This document shows, one piece after another, positions 1 to 11,794 of a stretch of 64,000 bases of DNA (its first letter is position 1; the number at the start of each line of letters is the position of its first letter). The stretch spans positions 682,001 through 746,000 of the forward strand of contig JBDOQK010000003.1 in NCBI GenBank assembly GCA_040437565.1. Direction: 5' to 3'. The position numbers and the translations under genes are program-made. The DNA is from Albugo candida (taxonomy: Eukaryota). The notes under the pieces were generated by a model. The model was given only the letters and a program-made list of their open reading frames with translations, searched no databases and was not told where the DNA came from.

Positions 1-696
1 TTATTTGGCCCACAAGGAAATCAACTGACTCAATCTCATTTAGAAGCAGCTTATGATGCGTGTGCGTTCGATGTTGCTTTGTTGGGAGAATGCTCACATT
101 GGTGTCAGATTTTCAGATCGGATGGGCCTGAATTGCTGCTTTCTATGGATTACTTCAAAGATTTGAAGCACTTTTATCGCAAAAGTTATGGTACACCATT
201 GGCGTACGAGATCGCCTCACCATTACTTCGCCAGATGATCGTCGAAATGCGCAATCGAACACTTGGGAAAAGTCAAGTTGGCGGTAGTTTTAAGTTTGCT
301 CATGCCGAGACGATTTTACCTTTGGCTGCACTCATGGATATTTCATATTCAGACCGACACAAGACGAACACGCAAAGTCACATTGTTAGCACTACACCGC
401 TGGAAGTCGCAGAAACACGTCAGTTCAAAGGAAGCTTGCTGGCTCCTTTTTCCGCCAACATTGGGTTTGTGCTTTACGAATGCACGCCACTTGCAGGAGG
501 ACAAAAGGAAGGGGACCAAGTGATCGAAAAATCATATAAAGTAAAGACGTTGTACAATGAGCGGGTGGTGAGATTCTCAGCATGCGAGATGCAAGATCTA
601 TGCTCGATCGAGCAATTGGAAACGCTGTTTAATCGATGGATTTATGAATTTGATTCAAGTCAAGTATGTGAAGTACCCGTAAGCAATCAAATGTAA
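1..696 (+). CDS. MINPP1: Multiple inositol polyphosphate phosphatase-like histidine acid phosphatase (3' part; begins before window)
   Basis: ORF carries DLKHFYRKSYG, FAHAETILPL (the HAE variant of the HD motif typical of MINPP) and APFSANIGFVLYEC; stop at 694-696. Confidence 0.8.
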   Translation, partial: LFGPQGNQLTQSHLEAAYDACAFDVALLGECSHWCQIFRSDGPELLLSMDYFKDLKHFYRKSYGTPLAYEIASPLLRQMIVEMRNRTLGKSQVGGSFKFAHAETILPLAALMDISYSDRHKTNTQSHIVSTTPLEVAETRQFKGSLLAPFSANIGFVLYECTPLAGGQKEGDQVIEKSYKVKTLYNERVVRFSACEMQDLCSIEQLETLFNRWIYEFDSSQVCEVPVSNQM

Positions 697-738
697 TTGA
701 TCTGTTTTCCGGCAATGTAATTGATGTGATTCCTCTGT

Positions 739-2395
739 CTATGATGACGGCTCGGGAAATCGTTTTTGAATCGTCCTCCTTTCTTCGATATGGGTGCAGG
801 TGACGGGACCAGGGGGTAAAAATTGCCGGTTTGCATCGACATGACACTCACTCTGTAGCGCCACTTTTGTCTCTGGGGGATGGGAGAAGAAATTTTTATT
901 TGTCATAGCTGGTGGATGAGCGGACTGCTCAATGTCGAATGCCTGATTGGCAAATTCTTTGTAATCAGAAGTTGTGTCAAGACCCACTGTAGCACACTGA
1001 TGCAGCACATTTAGACGTTCCTGACGGAGTGGATTGATGGGATCCACTTCTTCTTTGTGAGACTTCTTTGTATCTCCCTTACTCTGCAAGTCGCTCATCG
1101 CATCTTGTGTTCTTAAACAAGTGTCGTCTATTTCCGGTCCAGGTTCCTCGTGCTTCATGCTGTCGTTACTGTGCTTTTGTTGGCCATTCAGAAACATTTC
1201 TTCAAAAAAACGGAAATTCATCTCTTCTTGTTGCTTCTTCTCCAAGCGAATTTTCTCCATTTCAATTCTTTCGGCTTCTTGTGCTGCTTCTTGGTTCCCT
1301 GTAGCTTCCCATGCTCTTCCCCAAGCGTCCACTCTTCTTCTTTCCTCCGGAAACACAGGACGATCGTCCAGGTACTTTAATTGGCAGCAGCGATAAATCA
1401 CCGTTTTTCGATACTGTCTGATGTGTCTCACCACTTCGTTGCCCTGGAGATAAAGCACTTTGAGACTCGGCATTTGTGCGAGGATATCANNNNNNNNNNN
1501 NNNNNNNNNNNNNNNNNNNNNNNNNNNNNNNNNNNNNNNNNNNNNNNNNNNNNNNNNNNNNNNNNNNNNNNNNNNNNNNNNNNNNNNNNGAATTTTCTCC
1601 ATTTCGATTCTTTCAGCATCTTGTGCTGCTTCTTGGTTCCCTGTAGCTTCCCATACTCTTCCCCAAGCGTCCACTCTTCTTCTTTCCTCCGGAAACACAG
1701 GACGATCGTCCAGGTACTTTAATTGGCGGCAGCGATAAATCACCGTTTTTCGATACTGCCTGATATGTCTCACCACTTCGTTGCCCTGGAGATAAAGCAC
1801 TTTGAGACTCGGCATTTGTGCGAGGATATCAAGAACTTGAGGCTCTTTGAGTCGATTTTGCTGAATATCGAGGATCGATAATGCTGGAAGGTCAAGAACA
1901 TGGGCAATATCGGCCGGAGACTCTAATCGATTTCCTTTTAGAGTTAGACTCTACCCAGCAGAAATCAGCTTCTGATGGAGAAATCGGAAAGTAGGCGCAC
2001 CGTCAGTTCCTTCATGTGCCCCAAATTCTCAATTTTTGAGATTTGATTGGATTCAAGATGAAGAGAATCCAACAGCGTCTGATTGTGCAAATTTTCAATT
2101 GTATGAATAAGATTCTCATGCAAATACAACGTCCGAAGACTCTTTTGATTATCGAGTCCTTCGATTTTCACAAATCCGTTTCCTTCCAGCCAAAGAGCCT
2201 TAAGTCCCACATACTCTTCCAAATTAGAGATACAACGGAATCCCTGATAGAAACGGAACCGATTAATACGCGATTAGAGGTGGGTTGCGTTCTCACTTTG
2301 TAATGCAGATAGAGTCGATCGTTCACGGAAGGTGTCGAATAGAGATCAGTTTCGCGGCAAATGCGTCGAAGGGTAGCTTTATCCATCTCAATCAT
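739..2395 (-). CDS. DNAAF1: Dynein axonemal assembly factor 1 (LRRC50/ODA7), leucine-rich repeat protein
   Basis: [43 protein letters not shown] repeats and [25 protein letters not shown] introns 2244-2296 and 1951-2000; a gap-flank duplication lies inside the gene. Confidence 0.88.
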
Positions 2396-2447
2396 CTCAC
2401 ACGACTTCTCAAATCGAACGACGCTACAACGTTTATTCAATAGATTT

Positions 2448-3072
2448 TTAAATCAAGCTTTCTTCAAATGATTCTGTCGAATTGCGAACAGCACTAGAAG
2501 AGAAGTGTTGACCACGTAGGAGGATACACACACCATGCAAAAATCCTTCAGCTGAAAGACCAAGATGTAGACAAGATAAGCTGACAGGAGCTGCATAACG
2601 AGCATTAGGAATCTTCTCCACTCATTCAATTGCCTACCTCAGCGAGAATCGAGATAACAAGATAAAACTCGTGATTGTATTTGTACAAGTGCGTATACGG
2701 CGCAAACATGCAAAGGAGATAGTACATGATCCCTACATTATAAAGATATGGAGGAATTTCTATGAACAGCACCCAGCACGATATAAATCACCTAGCGCGG
2801 AATTCGAGATATCCAACATGGAATTCGAGTCGACCAGCCCCAAGTAAGACAGTAGATGGCTCGCTTTGCTCGAAAGGACCTAAGGGGGCAGCGATGACAC
2901 AACGAAACTGCTGCAAATCTCACACCTTTGAACACGAGTAAGTCGGCGAGTCACACACGGCTTGATACGCGGCATTTTGATGCTTTTGGTACTCAACGTA
3001 GCTTCCATATGCCGCGACCAATACACCAATCGCTGCCCACAGTTGTATCTGACGATCGTGGCGTGTGTACAT
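2448..3072 (-). CDS. VKORC1: Vitamin K epoxide reductase (VKORC1-like), multi-exon
   Basis: Exon 1 reads ...YVEYQK..YQAVCDSPTYSCSKV (loop Cys pair); last exon reads LVYILVFQLKDFCMVCVSSYVVN (CxxC active site); stop at 2448-2450. Confidence 0.85.
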
Positions 3073-3269
3073 TGTTCCAACAAATCGAAAATGAGCAGAA
3101 AACACAGTCAGTATATACTAACGGGCCCAAGTCTCTTGGGACAAGACCGGCGATAGATGCAAACAGATCGAAATCGAACAAAAGAGCGCCTTAATTCACG
3201 AAAATACGCTGCTCGCTATCATTCCTGTGCCAATTACTCGCAATTTGTAGTACACCAACTACAACTGGG

Positions 3270-5749
3270 CTACATGTGTGGCGGAATTCTATCTCCATAC
3301 ATTGGTGATGGGGCAGGCATTCCAGGCTCGCGAGATCCTTCGTAATAGGGTGGCATCATACCAACGGGTGGCCGGCCGTACTCTCCATGGTGCGGTCTTG
3401 ACGGTTCATTGTTGAATCGGGCCATTTCATTTGGCTCTCCAAACGGTCTATTCGCTTGTGGTATTATTTCGCCTCCCCCGCCGCGTGGTGGACACCCTGG
3501 ACCATAAGGTGGATATCCGTGCTCCGCGTGAGGACCAGCAGGCGGTCCTTCCATTCCAGGATGAAAGCCATTATCGATACGTCCAGGGGGTGGGTACCAG
3601 TGCGCCTCGTTCCCCATCTGACTCCGTTCCTTGTCCAGCGATCGTTTTCCTCCTCCGCGATGCATCTGTCTTCCTAGCGCCTCCATAGCTTTGACGTCCA
3701 AATCTTCTTCGCCATGAGCAAAGCTACATTATGATACGTACGAAAGACAAAACGACAGCAAATATGAAAACGTTAAATAGAAAGTCCCAATATATTATGA
3801 GAATAGCACTCTCTTCTAGTAATAGTAGTGCAGAATTAACGGACCTGCATTTATCTCCAAAACGACAATTATTTGGATAATTANNNNNNNNNNNNNNNNN
3901 NNNNNNNNNNNNNNNNNNNNNNNNNNNNNNNNNNNNNNNNNNNNNNNNNNNNNNNNNNNNNNNNNNNNNNNNNNNNNNNNNNNTGCAGAATTAACGGACC
4001 TGCATTTATCTCCAAAACGACAATTATTTGGATAATTAGCACACAGCACTGTTTTACGCTTTGCTTGGTTTATTTCTGATCGGGTGCGTGGTGCTTCTGG
4101 GCCGACATTGCGATCGTGAACGTGCCTACAATGTTGAATGGAGTGAGTAAACGTGTGCTGAGAAAGAAAGAGTACGAAAAAACAAGCAAAGTGACATTCA
4201 TCATACCAGCACCGAGCGCCAAAACCACATCGTCCAGAAATGTATTTTCGACAAACTTCAGTGGCTTGTTGCGCGTCTTGGTTGTTAGGAGGGATTGAAG
4301 GATGACGAATACGTGAAGGAGATGGTGGGCCCACGTAAGGACCATAACGTGAGTCTGCAGGGTGCGGAGGCATATTGGGATCGAATGCTGCTGCATCAGG
4401 AGGGAAATGACCAGGATAGGGAGCTTGTACGCCGTGATTCATACTCAGCTGAGGATCTCGATACGGATCGGTAGTAGGTCCGGGTGGCGGCCACGCGTGA
4501 TCACGATGAGGAAGTCTAGCTTCTTCCGCTGAGATAAGATGAGGAGATGGATTCACGTGCATTGACTTCGCGTCACCGTCACAGTTGAACTTGCTGCCAT
4601 TAGACGGACCATTAGTTGTAGGCTTGTCATTCTCCAATCTTCCTGGCGACCATCTTGTACCCCGATGTCGTTTTTCATTGTGATCGTCAACCCAGTTACG
4701 TCCATCTCGATGTACTTCGCGCTTGTGACCAGTAAGCACCGGGCCATCATTTCCAGGGTACCGAAGTCCCATGGGAGGGGCATTTGGTCTCGGTCCGCCC
4801 ATTTGACGAGGTGCATGCATGTGCTCGAAAGATGGCTGTGGTGGATAAGATGACGATTGCGATGGTAATGATAATGGTTGAGATGGTGTTTGCAGCAGCG
4901 AAACATCAGGAGTTTCTTCTCGATTTTGCTCCTTTTTTGCTTTTTGTTTCTTGATGATCGATAAAAGAGATGCAATTTTTTCGGAAGATGGCTTTGCTCC
5001 TGCTTTCACTTGTGAGTCCGAATTCTCAGCTTCTTGGTTTGCCGCATCCTCGAGCCGTTCATCGCTGGTAATTTTCAGCAAATCGTCTCCCCCATCTTCT
5101 GTAATTTTTTCTGCGCTATAGTAACCACGCACTTCCCACTCTCGAACAACATTTCGAACATTGCGCTATAGATATTCCAAATTCAGAGTTGGGAAAGTAC
5201 TGAAATGCTATACTCATCGTACTTGGAACTCGACTGGAATCTCACGGATCGCTCGAATAGTTGTTGCGAGGCGTTCACCAAATCGCTCGACATATGTGTC
5301 TTTAGTACCGTGTTTGGATCGAGACTACAAATGTTACCCGATGAGAATGTTGCACGAAGAAATAATAAGTAAGACTTATAGGCGCACCTGCCGCATGATA
5401 GCATCCATTGAATAAAGCCCTTCATAAAACACGATGTGAAGCAATTAGGGAAAAAAGAGCCCACATAACGCACCTGCTAAACGATGCTTCTTGTCTGTCT
5501 TCCATATAAATGCTTCGACATCATGAACCACATCTTTGTAATTCTACGGAATGCCACCCATTAGAGCTTATTCTACTTGGATCACAAAAATAATCAACCA
5601 ACTTTTGAGTATTGTAAAGCAACCGATGCGACGGCTTTGACTCGATTCGCTGATGTTCCTTTTGGTGATGCCAAATTCTCCAAAACCAGCTGCATTTGAT
5701 CATATCCTTCCCATTTTTGACCACTTTCACGACGTTTATGTGTGCCCAT
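3270..5749 (-). CDS. CID (CTD-interacting)-like domain plus two CCCH zinc fingers, Pro/Gly-rich RNA-processing protein
   Basis: Spliced N-terminus SANRVKAVASVALQYSK-NYKDVVHDVEAFIWKTDKKHRLAG..MDAIMRQ resembles SCAF4/8/Nrd1 CID; spliced fingers CRKYISGRCGFGARCWHVH and KTVLCANYPNNCRFGDKCSFAH. Confidence 0.7.
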
Positions 5750-6971
5750 ACTTTTTCCACATAAACAGTGACTAAACGATTTTGCGTAAGGATTCAGTTC
5801 AACACACCTCAACGTTGCAAAACTGAGGTGGGAGTATCACGTGTTGCAGTGAGGAAGAAAACGTTGTATCGGGAACTTTTGCAGGAAAGGGAATTTTGAA
5901 CTTGGTAAATTAGTCGAATTTCGGCTGTGTTTGGTAGCCACGCTTAGAGGACTGATGTCCNNNNNNNNNNNNNNNNNNNNNNNNNNNNNNNNNNNNNNNN
6001 NNNNNNNNNNNNNNNNNNNNNNNNNNNNNNNNNNNNNNNNNNNNNNNNNNNNNNNNNNNNGTTTGGTAGCCACGCTTAGAGGACTGATGTCCGTTCGAAA
6101 ATACGCAGTGATTTAGATTGGCCAATCGTATTTACTATCGAGAATTTGATTGGAGAATATCGAATATGGTTTATAACGTGCTCCGTCTTGGAATAACAGT
6201 TAGAACGCTCAGTGTTTTCTTGCGAGTAAGAATTACATTCTTGATACGTAATTTGATGGCGCTTATACCACTATACGTCAATTACGCTTTTTGTTGAGAC
6301 ACAGATAATTTTTTATCGGCTTGAAACAAAACGATGTGAGAATGCGTCGCGAATGTTAACTGAAAGGAGCACGATGAGCCAATAGAGAAGCGAGCTCAAA
6401 ACGTTGATATGGTATAATGCAAAGGCTATCCTAGCGTAGTCAGGCTGAATCCTTGGAATATGCGGTGATAAAATACAATTACAATTTGATTGCAGCGAGT
6501 GCAAATGTTAATGCTTGAAATGACCGTCATATAAGCGCTTTATCACTGATATTCTAAGGAAAGCCAACCAATCGTAAGGTTTCGCATAGTAAGGACTAAG
6601 ACGAGTTAAAAAAGGCAAGGCGGGCTTCTTGCTTGTGACTGTGCGTTGATACCTGTATCAGAGCGCAAAGTGCCTAGCGTACAAAAAGCTGAACAAATTG
6701 AATCGAATTAGGGACCACATATGTTAGGCGAACAGTATCTTGAGATAATCGCTTTCTGGATTTTGAAAACAGACTCGATTGAGTTTGCGCATTACGCTAC
6801 TTCCTGCGGAAACGGGCTTCATGAGAAAACACTCGTTTCATATGTGCTGCTTGCAATAGTATCACAATCCANNNNNNNNNNNNNNNNNNNNNNNNNNNNN
6901 NNNNNNNNNNNNNNNNNNNNNNNNNNNNNNNNNNNNNNNNNNNNNNNNNNNNNNNNNNNNNNNNNNNNNNN

Positions 6972-9290
6972 TCCACTTCTTCAATGTGGCACACTTTCAA
7001 GCAACTTTGCCTGCTGTCTTTGCTGTTACTTGTCTATATATGGAGCCTGATTTTGATCATTCTACTGGCTGTGGACGCATTTCAATTGAATACATTATTT
7101 GTGAGTGCTAAATGTACATGATCGCTGGATTTTGGCTTAAGGAAAAAATTGCCAACTAGCTCGCCCTTGTGTTTACCGTCATGGAGCTTGTGAATTTCTA
7201 CCACCTTCCTAGTACATCGCTTCTTATATTTTTCAGAAAAAGGTTCATGGAGAAGCTGCCAATGCAATGTTCAGAGGGCACAAGTGGCGATAATGTAACT
7301 GAAGGCGTTCCTTTTTTCGAAGATGATGTGCATCTTACGTCCTTACTTTTCGCCCAATGGCACAGCAAATCGAGCTCGAGTCTTTAGTACCTACCTATTC
7401 CTGTTTCTTTCCAAACTTTTCAACCTGCTATCTCCATTATACATGGCCAAAGCCACGAACGCTATAATCAAGCAAGACGCAAAAACAGCGCTTTTCGCTT
7501 TAGCGATATTTAGTGGCATGACTCTGGGCTCAAAATTGCTTAAAGAATTACAGTCACTGATGTATCTCAAAGTGAAACAGATGGCTTACATCGAACTGGC
7601 AACATACACTTATGCGCATCTACACGCACTGTCGTACGAGTGGCATGTGCACGAAAACTGGGTGATGTAGTACGCTCGATGGATCGAGGAGTGGAATCCG
7701 CCAATTCGGTGGTATCGTATCTCTTCTTTTCATTGTTTCCCACACTTGGTGAATCTATCGTGGTACTGGTAATCTTTGCAGCTCATTTCCAACTGGCAAG
7801 TCTTTCTTTCATGGGACTCATGAGCCTCGTATTATGTGCATATCTGACCGTCACGATCACTTTCTGGCGAAATTTTTTTAGAGAAGCAAGTAACAAACAC
7901 GGCAATGAGTGCCACGATAAAGCCACCGATGCTTTGATAAATTACGAAACAATCAAATATTTCACAAATGGAAAGTATGAAGTTGACTCGTATACAGATG
8001 TTTATACGCAAGTTTCAGACGCAATGTGTCACTGTACAAGTATTGTTAAGCCTGCTGAGTTCCGCACAAGGCACAAGCGTTTGTTTTCCAAATGACTATC
8101 TTCGGATCGTTGACCATTGCTGCACCATCTTTGATCCGTCACGAGCAGAATTAAAGCCAAGGAATCGAAGATGCAATCAAATTAATGCTGGTGACTTTGT
8201 GGTCATTTCGGTGTACCTTAACAGCTTATTTCAACTGCTGCCATCCCTGAGAACCATCTATAATATGATAATCCGTGCTATTGTGGATATGCAGAAGCTT
8301 AGCGAGCTATTATCGATCGAGCCAGATGTGATGGATCATCCTCATGCTGTCGACTTGTCAGTCAGCGAGCATAGAAGAACGCATGAAATTCCAGTGAGTT
8401 TCCGGAAGTGTCGTTCCAATATCCGCAATCTATCAGAATTGACAAAGCTGGTGAAGATCTGGCTATAGGAAGTGGTGTACGAGACCTCACTTTTTCCTTT
8501 CCGGCTGGAGCAACCACAGCTTTGGTAGGGGAATAGGCTCTGGAAATCCTACAATTGGCAGACTACTGTTTCGCTTTTACGAATGCGATAGAGGTGAGAT
8601 TTTGATCAACAAGTATAATATTCGCAATGTGACACAGCTTCTCTTCGACACATCATCGGTATGGTTCCTCAAGACACAACATTGTTTAATGGTACGATCT
8701 ATGACAATATCAAGTACGGCAATTTGGAAGCCACATTTGAGCAAGTGGAAAATGCAGCTTGACATGCGAAAATATACGATTTCATCATAAACATACAGAC
8801 ACTTGGAACTCACGAGTTGGTGAAAGAAGTTTGAAGCTATCTGGTGGTGAGAAGCAGCGTTTTGCTATCGCCCGAGTCCTTTTACAAGATTCTCCATTCG
8901 TCATACTTGATAAAGCAACGTCTGCATTGGATACACTGACTGAGCAGGAGATACAAATGGCACTTCGTCGGCTGCAACGAAATCGGACAATGCTGATTAT
9001 TGCGCATCGTCTGTCAACGGTATGATACATTTTTGGATCGATTGTTACAATGCCTTACGGTGTTTCATGATTAGATTTCTCATGCGAACGAGATTCTAGT
9101 ACTTCATGCAGGTGAGATAGTCGAGCGTGGCTCGCATGAAGAGCTTGTTGGAAGACAGGATAGTGTTTACACACGAATGTGGCACGCTCAGCTTCTTCGA
9201 AATGAAGCATTATTCAGTAGTGATGAATCTCAGATAATAGAAGGGAGTGAGGAGCATGAAGTCATTGATCCATCAAATGCATCACAATGA
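6972..9290 (+). pseudogene. Decayed ABCB half-transporter (ABCB6/HMT1/ATM1 type)
   Basis: Motifs LHALSYEWHV/RKLGDVVRSMDRG, DALINYETIKYF and LSGGEKQR lie in shifting frames with no splice signals; Walker A is broken (GE*/GSGNPT), there is an in-frame TGA at 8760-8762, and Walker B reads ILDKAT (E to K). Confidence 0.85.
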
Positions 9291-10154
9291 AAATATTCAA
9301 TTTAATTTACACTAACTTCTATAATGCTATTGACGATATAAAATTCTACGCTTTTACCTAAAGACTCCCTTATAAAATCTAACATTCCGTCAAATCTCCG
9401 TATTTCTTGTGTTGAAAGCGAATGGCTGATTCTGTCCTTTCGAGTGCTGACCGCTCGATACCGATCGCAATACCGACTATCATGCAAATGATTACCGTAG
9501 ACTTGGATTATCAGAAGCTTACAATCTCTGACGCAGGGCTGGCAGCTGTGATGATAGCTACCAATATCGGTGCACCCTGATGTATGTATCAAGCTTTTCA
9601 TGCATGTAACTTTGCGAAGATAGCTGACATGACTCCAGTGTCAGCAGCGTTCCGAGTCAAGTACGAAGCTCTCTGTAATGAGAGAAAGCTTCAATTTGCC
9701 TATTTCCTTTTCTTCTTCGTGCACCTCCACAAGTGAAATGTGTGACGGGCTCATAAAAAGGTTCAAGATAAGTGTCCAATGTTTGATTTTGATCGCAATG
9801 AGGATCAAATTGGCAATCAGAGGACCGAGTTTGAGATTTCGTATGATGATCGAGAAGAACTGTGGTTGCCGTAATGAGAGCTACCACAATTCATCAAGGA
9901 TCATGAAATTATCATATCCGTTGATCACTGCTTTTGGTCGAGTAATTGGGTTGCGTTGGGAGAAGATTTTGACTGAATCGATATAGCTAAGATGCATAGA
10001 CGTAATGAATGCTATAAGAGCGTAATGAGACTCTTCCCGTGCAATCATGAAGGTTTCATGCATCTCGCATCAGATGGCTATTTGATAGCTCTATAATGAG
10101 AGAAGCTTCAAAATGCCAATCATGCATCGACTCCGTTTCTCGCCAATGAAAAAA

Positions 10155-11252
10155 TCATTCCCATTGTTTGGATCGACCGTAAGCTACAAATGCACGAAAT
10201 GCTGTCCGTTCGTCGCTGTGAAAAACGACCAAACATTCTTCGGCGACCGCAATCATATCTGTGTGAAAGATAACTTTTTCATTGTAAATAGAATATGCTT
10301 GCAGTATACTGCATATAGCAACTCGTTCTTCTTCGCTCATCCAGCTACTTGATTCTGTGACAGCTTTTTCTATCGTTTGGTACCGTGGGCACTCGCCACA
10401 GTGACAAATGTAATCTTGTAAACGGACTTGGACATCAAGAATCGATTTTGCGCATACTTTTGAGTATTCTTCACTGTCAGTTGTACTACATGTTGTGACC
10501 GAACGACACGGCTTTTGCCCATTTGGCTTGAAATCGTTTTCTGCGTCTTGAAGACACCACCAGGAATTTTCGAGTTTATCAGACCAGTAGGAACTATCCT
10601 CACTCTCAGTGTCAGACAATAGATCTTCTGCACCTTTTCCACACGTAATTGTGTCAATCGCTTCACCAGTGGCTGTAGATGGGAGATCCAACATTTCGTG
10701 CGAGCTTTCGATGATCGACTCTACCAAGTCATTAGATTGCTTAGAAACATCAGCCCCATTTTTGAGGCTTATTTCCAAAGTTTCTGAAGATTTTTTCGTT
10801 TTGTTTTGCTTCTTCTTTCGCCCAAAAATCTTATCGCACCAGCTGCGCGGCTTCTGATGTACCTTCTTGCTCTTCTTAGGTTCCATCGACTTGATCTTGA
10901 TCTCTCTTTGGTTAACTGATGAACTTTCCTCAACTATTTCCTTTTCAATTTTCTGAACATAAGAATGAACTACCTCTGGGTCCCAAGATAAACGATTTAG
11001 TTGATCATTGAATGTGAGCTGCTTGGAAGCTTGGTTTGGGTGATCAGATGACGCTAGACGTGACGTATTGGTTGGTGTTGAGACTTTCAATGGTACGACG
11101 GAAACAACAGACGGATTTGTAGGAACGTTGCAAGTCTCTTTGGGATGCATGGAGACAGAAATATAATCGAAACTTGCATCGCTCATATCTTCGAACTCAA
11201 CGACATTCTGGTCGTTTCCAAAGCAGGATCCAACAAGCAATTTATTACCCAT
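10155..11252 (-). CDS. Hypothetical protein with N-terminal MG..C acylation motif and C-terminal degenerate TBC (RabGAP)-like segment
   Basis: 365-aa intronless ORF; N-terminus MGNKLLVGSCFG; C-terminus ICSILQAYSIYNEKVIFHTDMIAVAEECLVVFHSDERTAFRAFV resembles the TBC core; strong INR-FPR just upstream. Confidence 0.6.
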   Translation of the reverse strand: MGNKLLVGSCFGNDQNVVEFEDMSDASFDYISVSMHPKETCNVPTNPSVVSVVPLKVSTPTNTSRLASSDHPNQASKQLTFNDQLNRLSWDPEVVHSYVQKIEKEIVEESSSVNQREIKIKSMEPKKSKKVHQKPRSWCDKIFGRKKKQNKTKKSSETLEISLKNGADVSKQSNDLVESIIESSHEMLDLPSTATGEAIDTITCGKGAEDLLSDTESEDSSYWSDKLENSWWCLQDAENDFKPNGQKPCRSVTTCSTTDSEEYSKVCAKSILDVQVRLQDYICHCGECPRYQTIEKAVTESSSWMSEEERVAICSILQAYSIYNEKVIFHTDMIAVAEECLVVFHSDERTAFRAFVAYGRSKQWE

Positions 11253-11283
11253 GATATCAAGATTTTCACTTTAGCTGTTGAAG

Positions 11284-11300
11284 GGAAATTGAAAAGTGAG
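11284..11300 (-). promoter_or_regulatory. Oomycete INR-FPR core promoter element
   Basis: Minus strand reads CTCACTTTTCAATTTCC, about 30-50 nt upstream of ATG 11252, matching the YCAYTYY..AWTTY consensus. Confidence 0.65.
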
Positions 11301-11794
11301 GTGATTCATCGCATCGCTTTGTTTCGCCGACGGTGAGCATTTGCCGTCGGTACCAGTTTCCGCAATTCGTGCCATCTCATTGGGCAGAACAGCCAAGTTG
11401 GTTGAAAATTCCCTTGTTGCCAGTCAGCTATTGGCCATTAGTAAATAAAAAAAATAAGTAGTAGCGCAAGTTTTAATATTATATGTTGTAGAGGTATACC
11501 TATTTATGTAGGTATAAGCAAAGCGCCATTTGTCATCATGAAACAACCAGAAGGTTTATCTCCGCTCAGATTCTTATTGCAAAACATAACGGCCAAAACC
11601 ATTCCACTTTTCATGTGGATGGCATGCGACTTGATATCATTTGTGCCGCGTTGTGGCTGTACCGTGTATGTATATGTTAATTGAAGCGGCTTTGAGCTGA
11701 AATAAGGCTCTCGAGCTAAGAATACATTTATATCTGAAATACACGCACCGGACACTTTTTTTGCAGGAGAAGAAGGCACTCAGATTTTGTAGTG

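Noticed and set aside
5929..6100. Repeat gtttggtagccacgcttagaggactgatgtcc(gttcgaaa) considered as tRNA, hammerhead core, CRISPR repeat or TIR
   Set aside because: The two copies flank a gap; there is no cloverleaf, CTGATGT does not match the hammerhead CUGANGA core, and I found no inverted partner in the window
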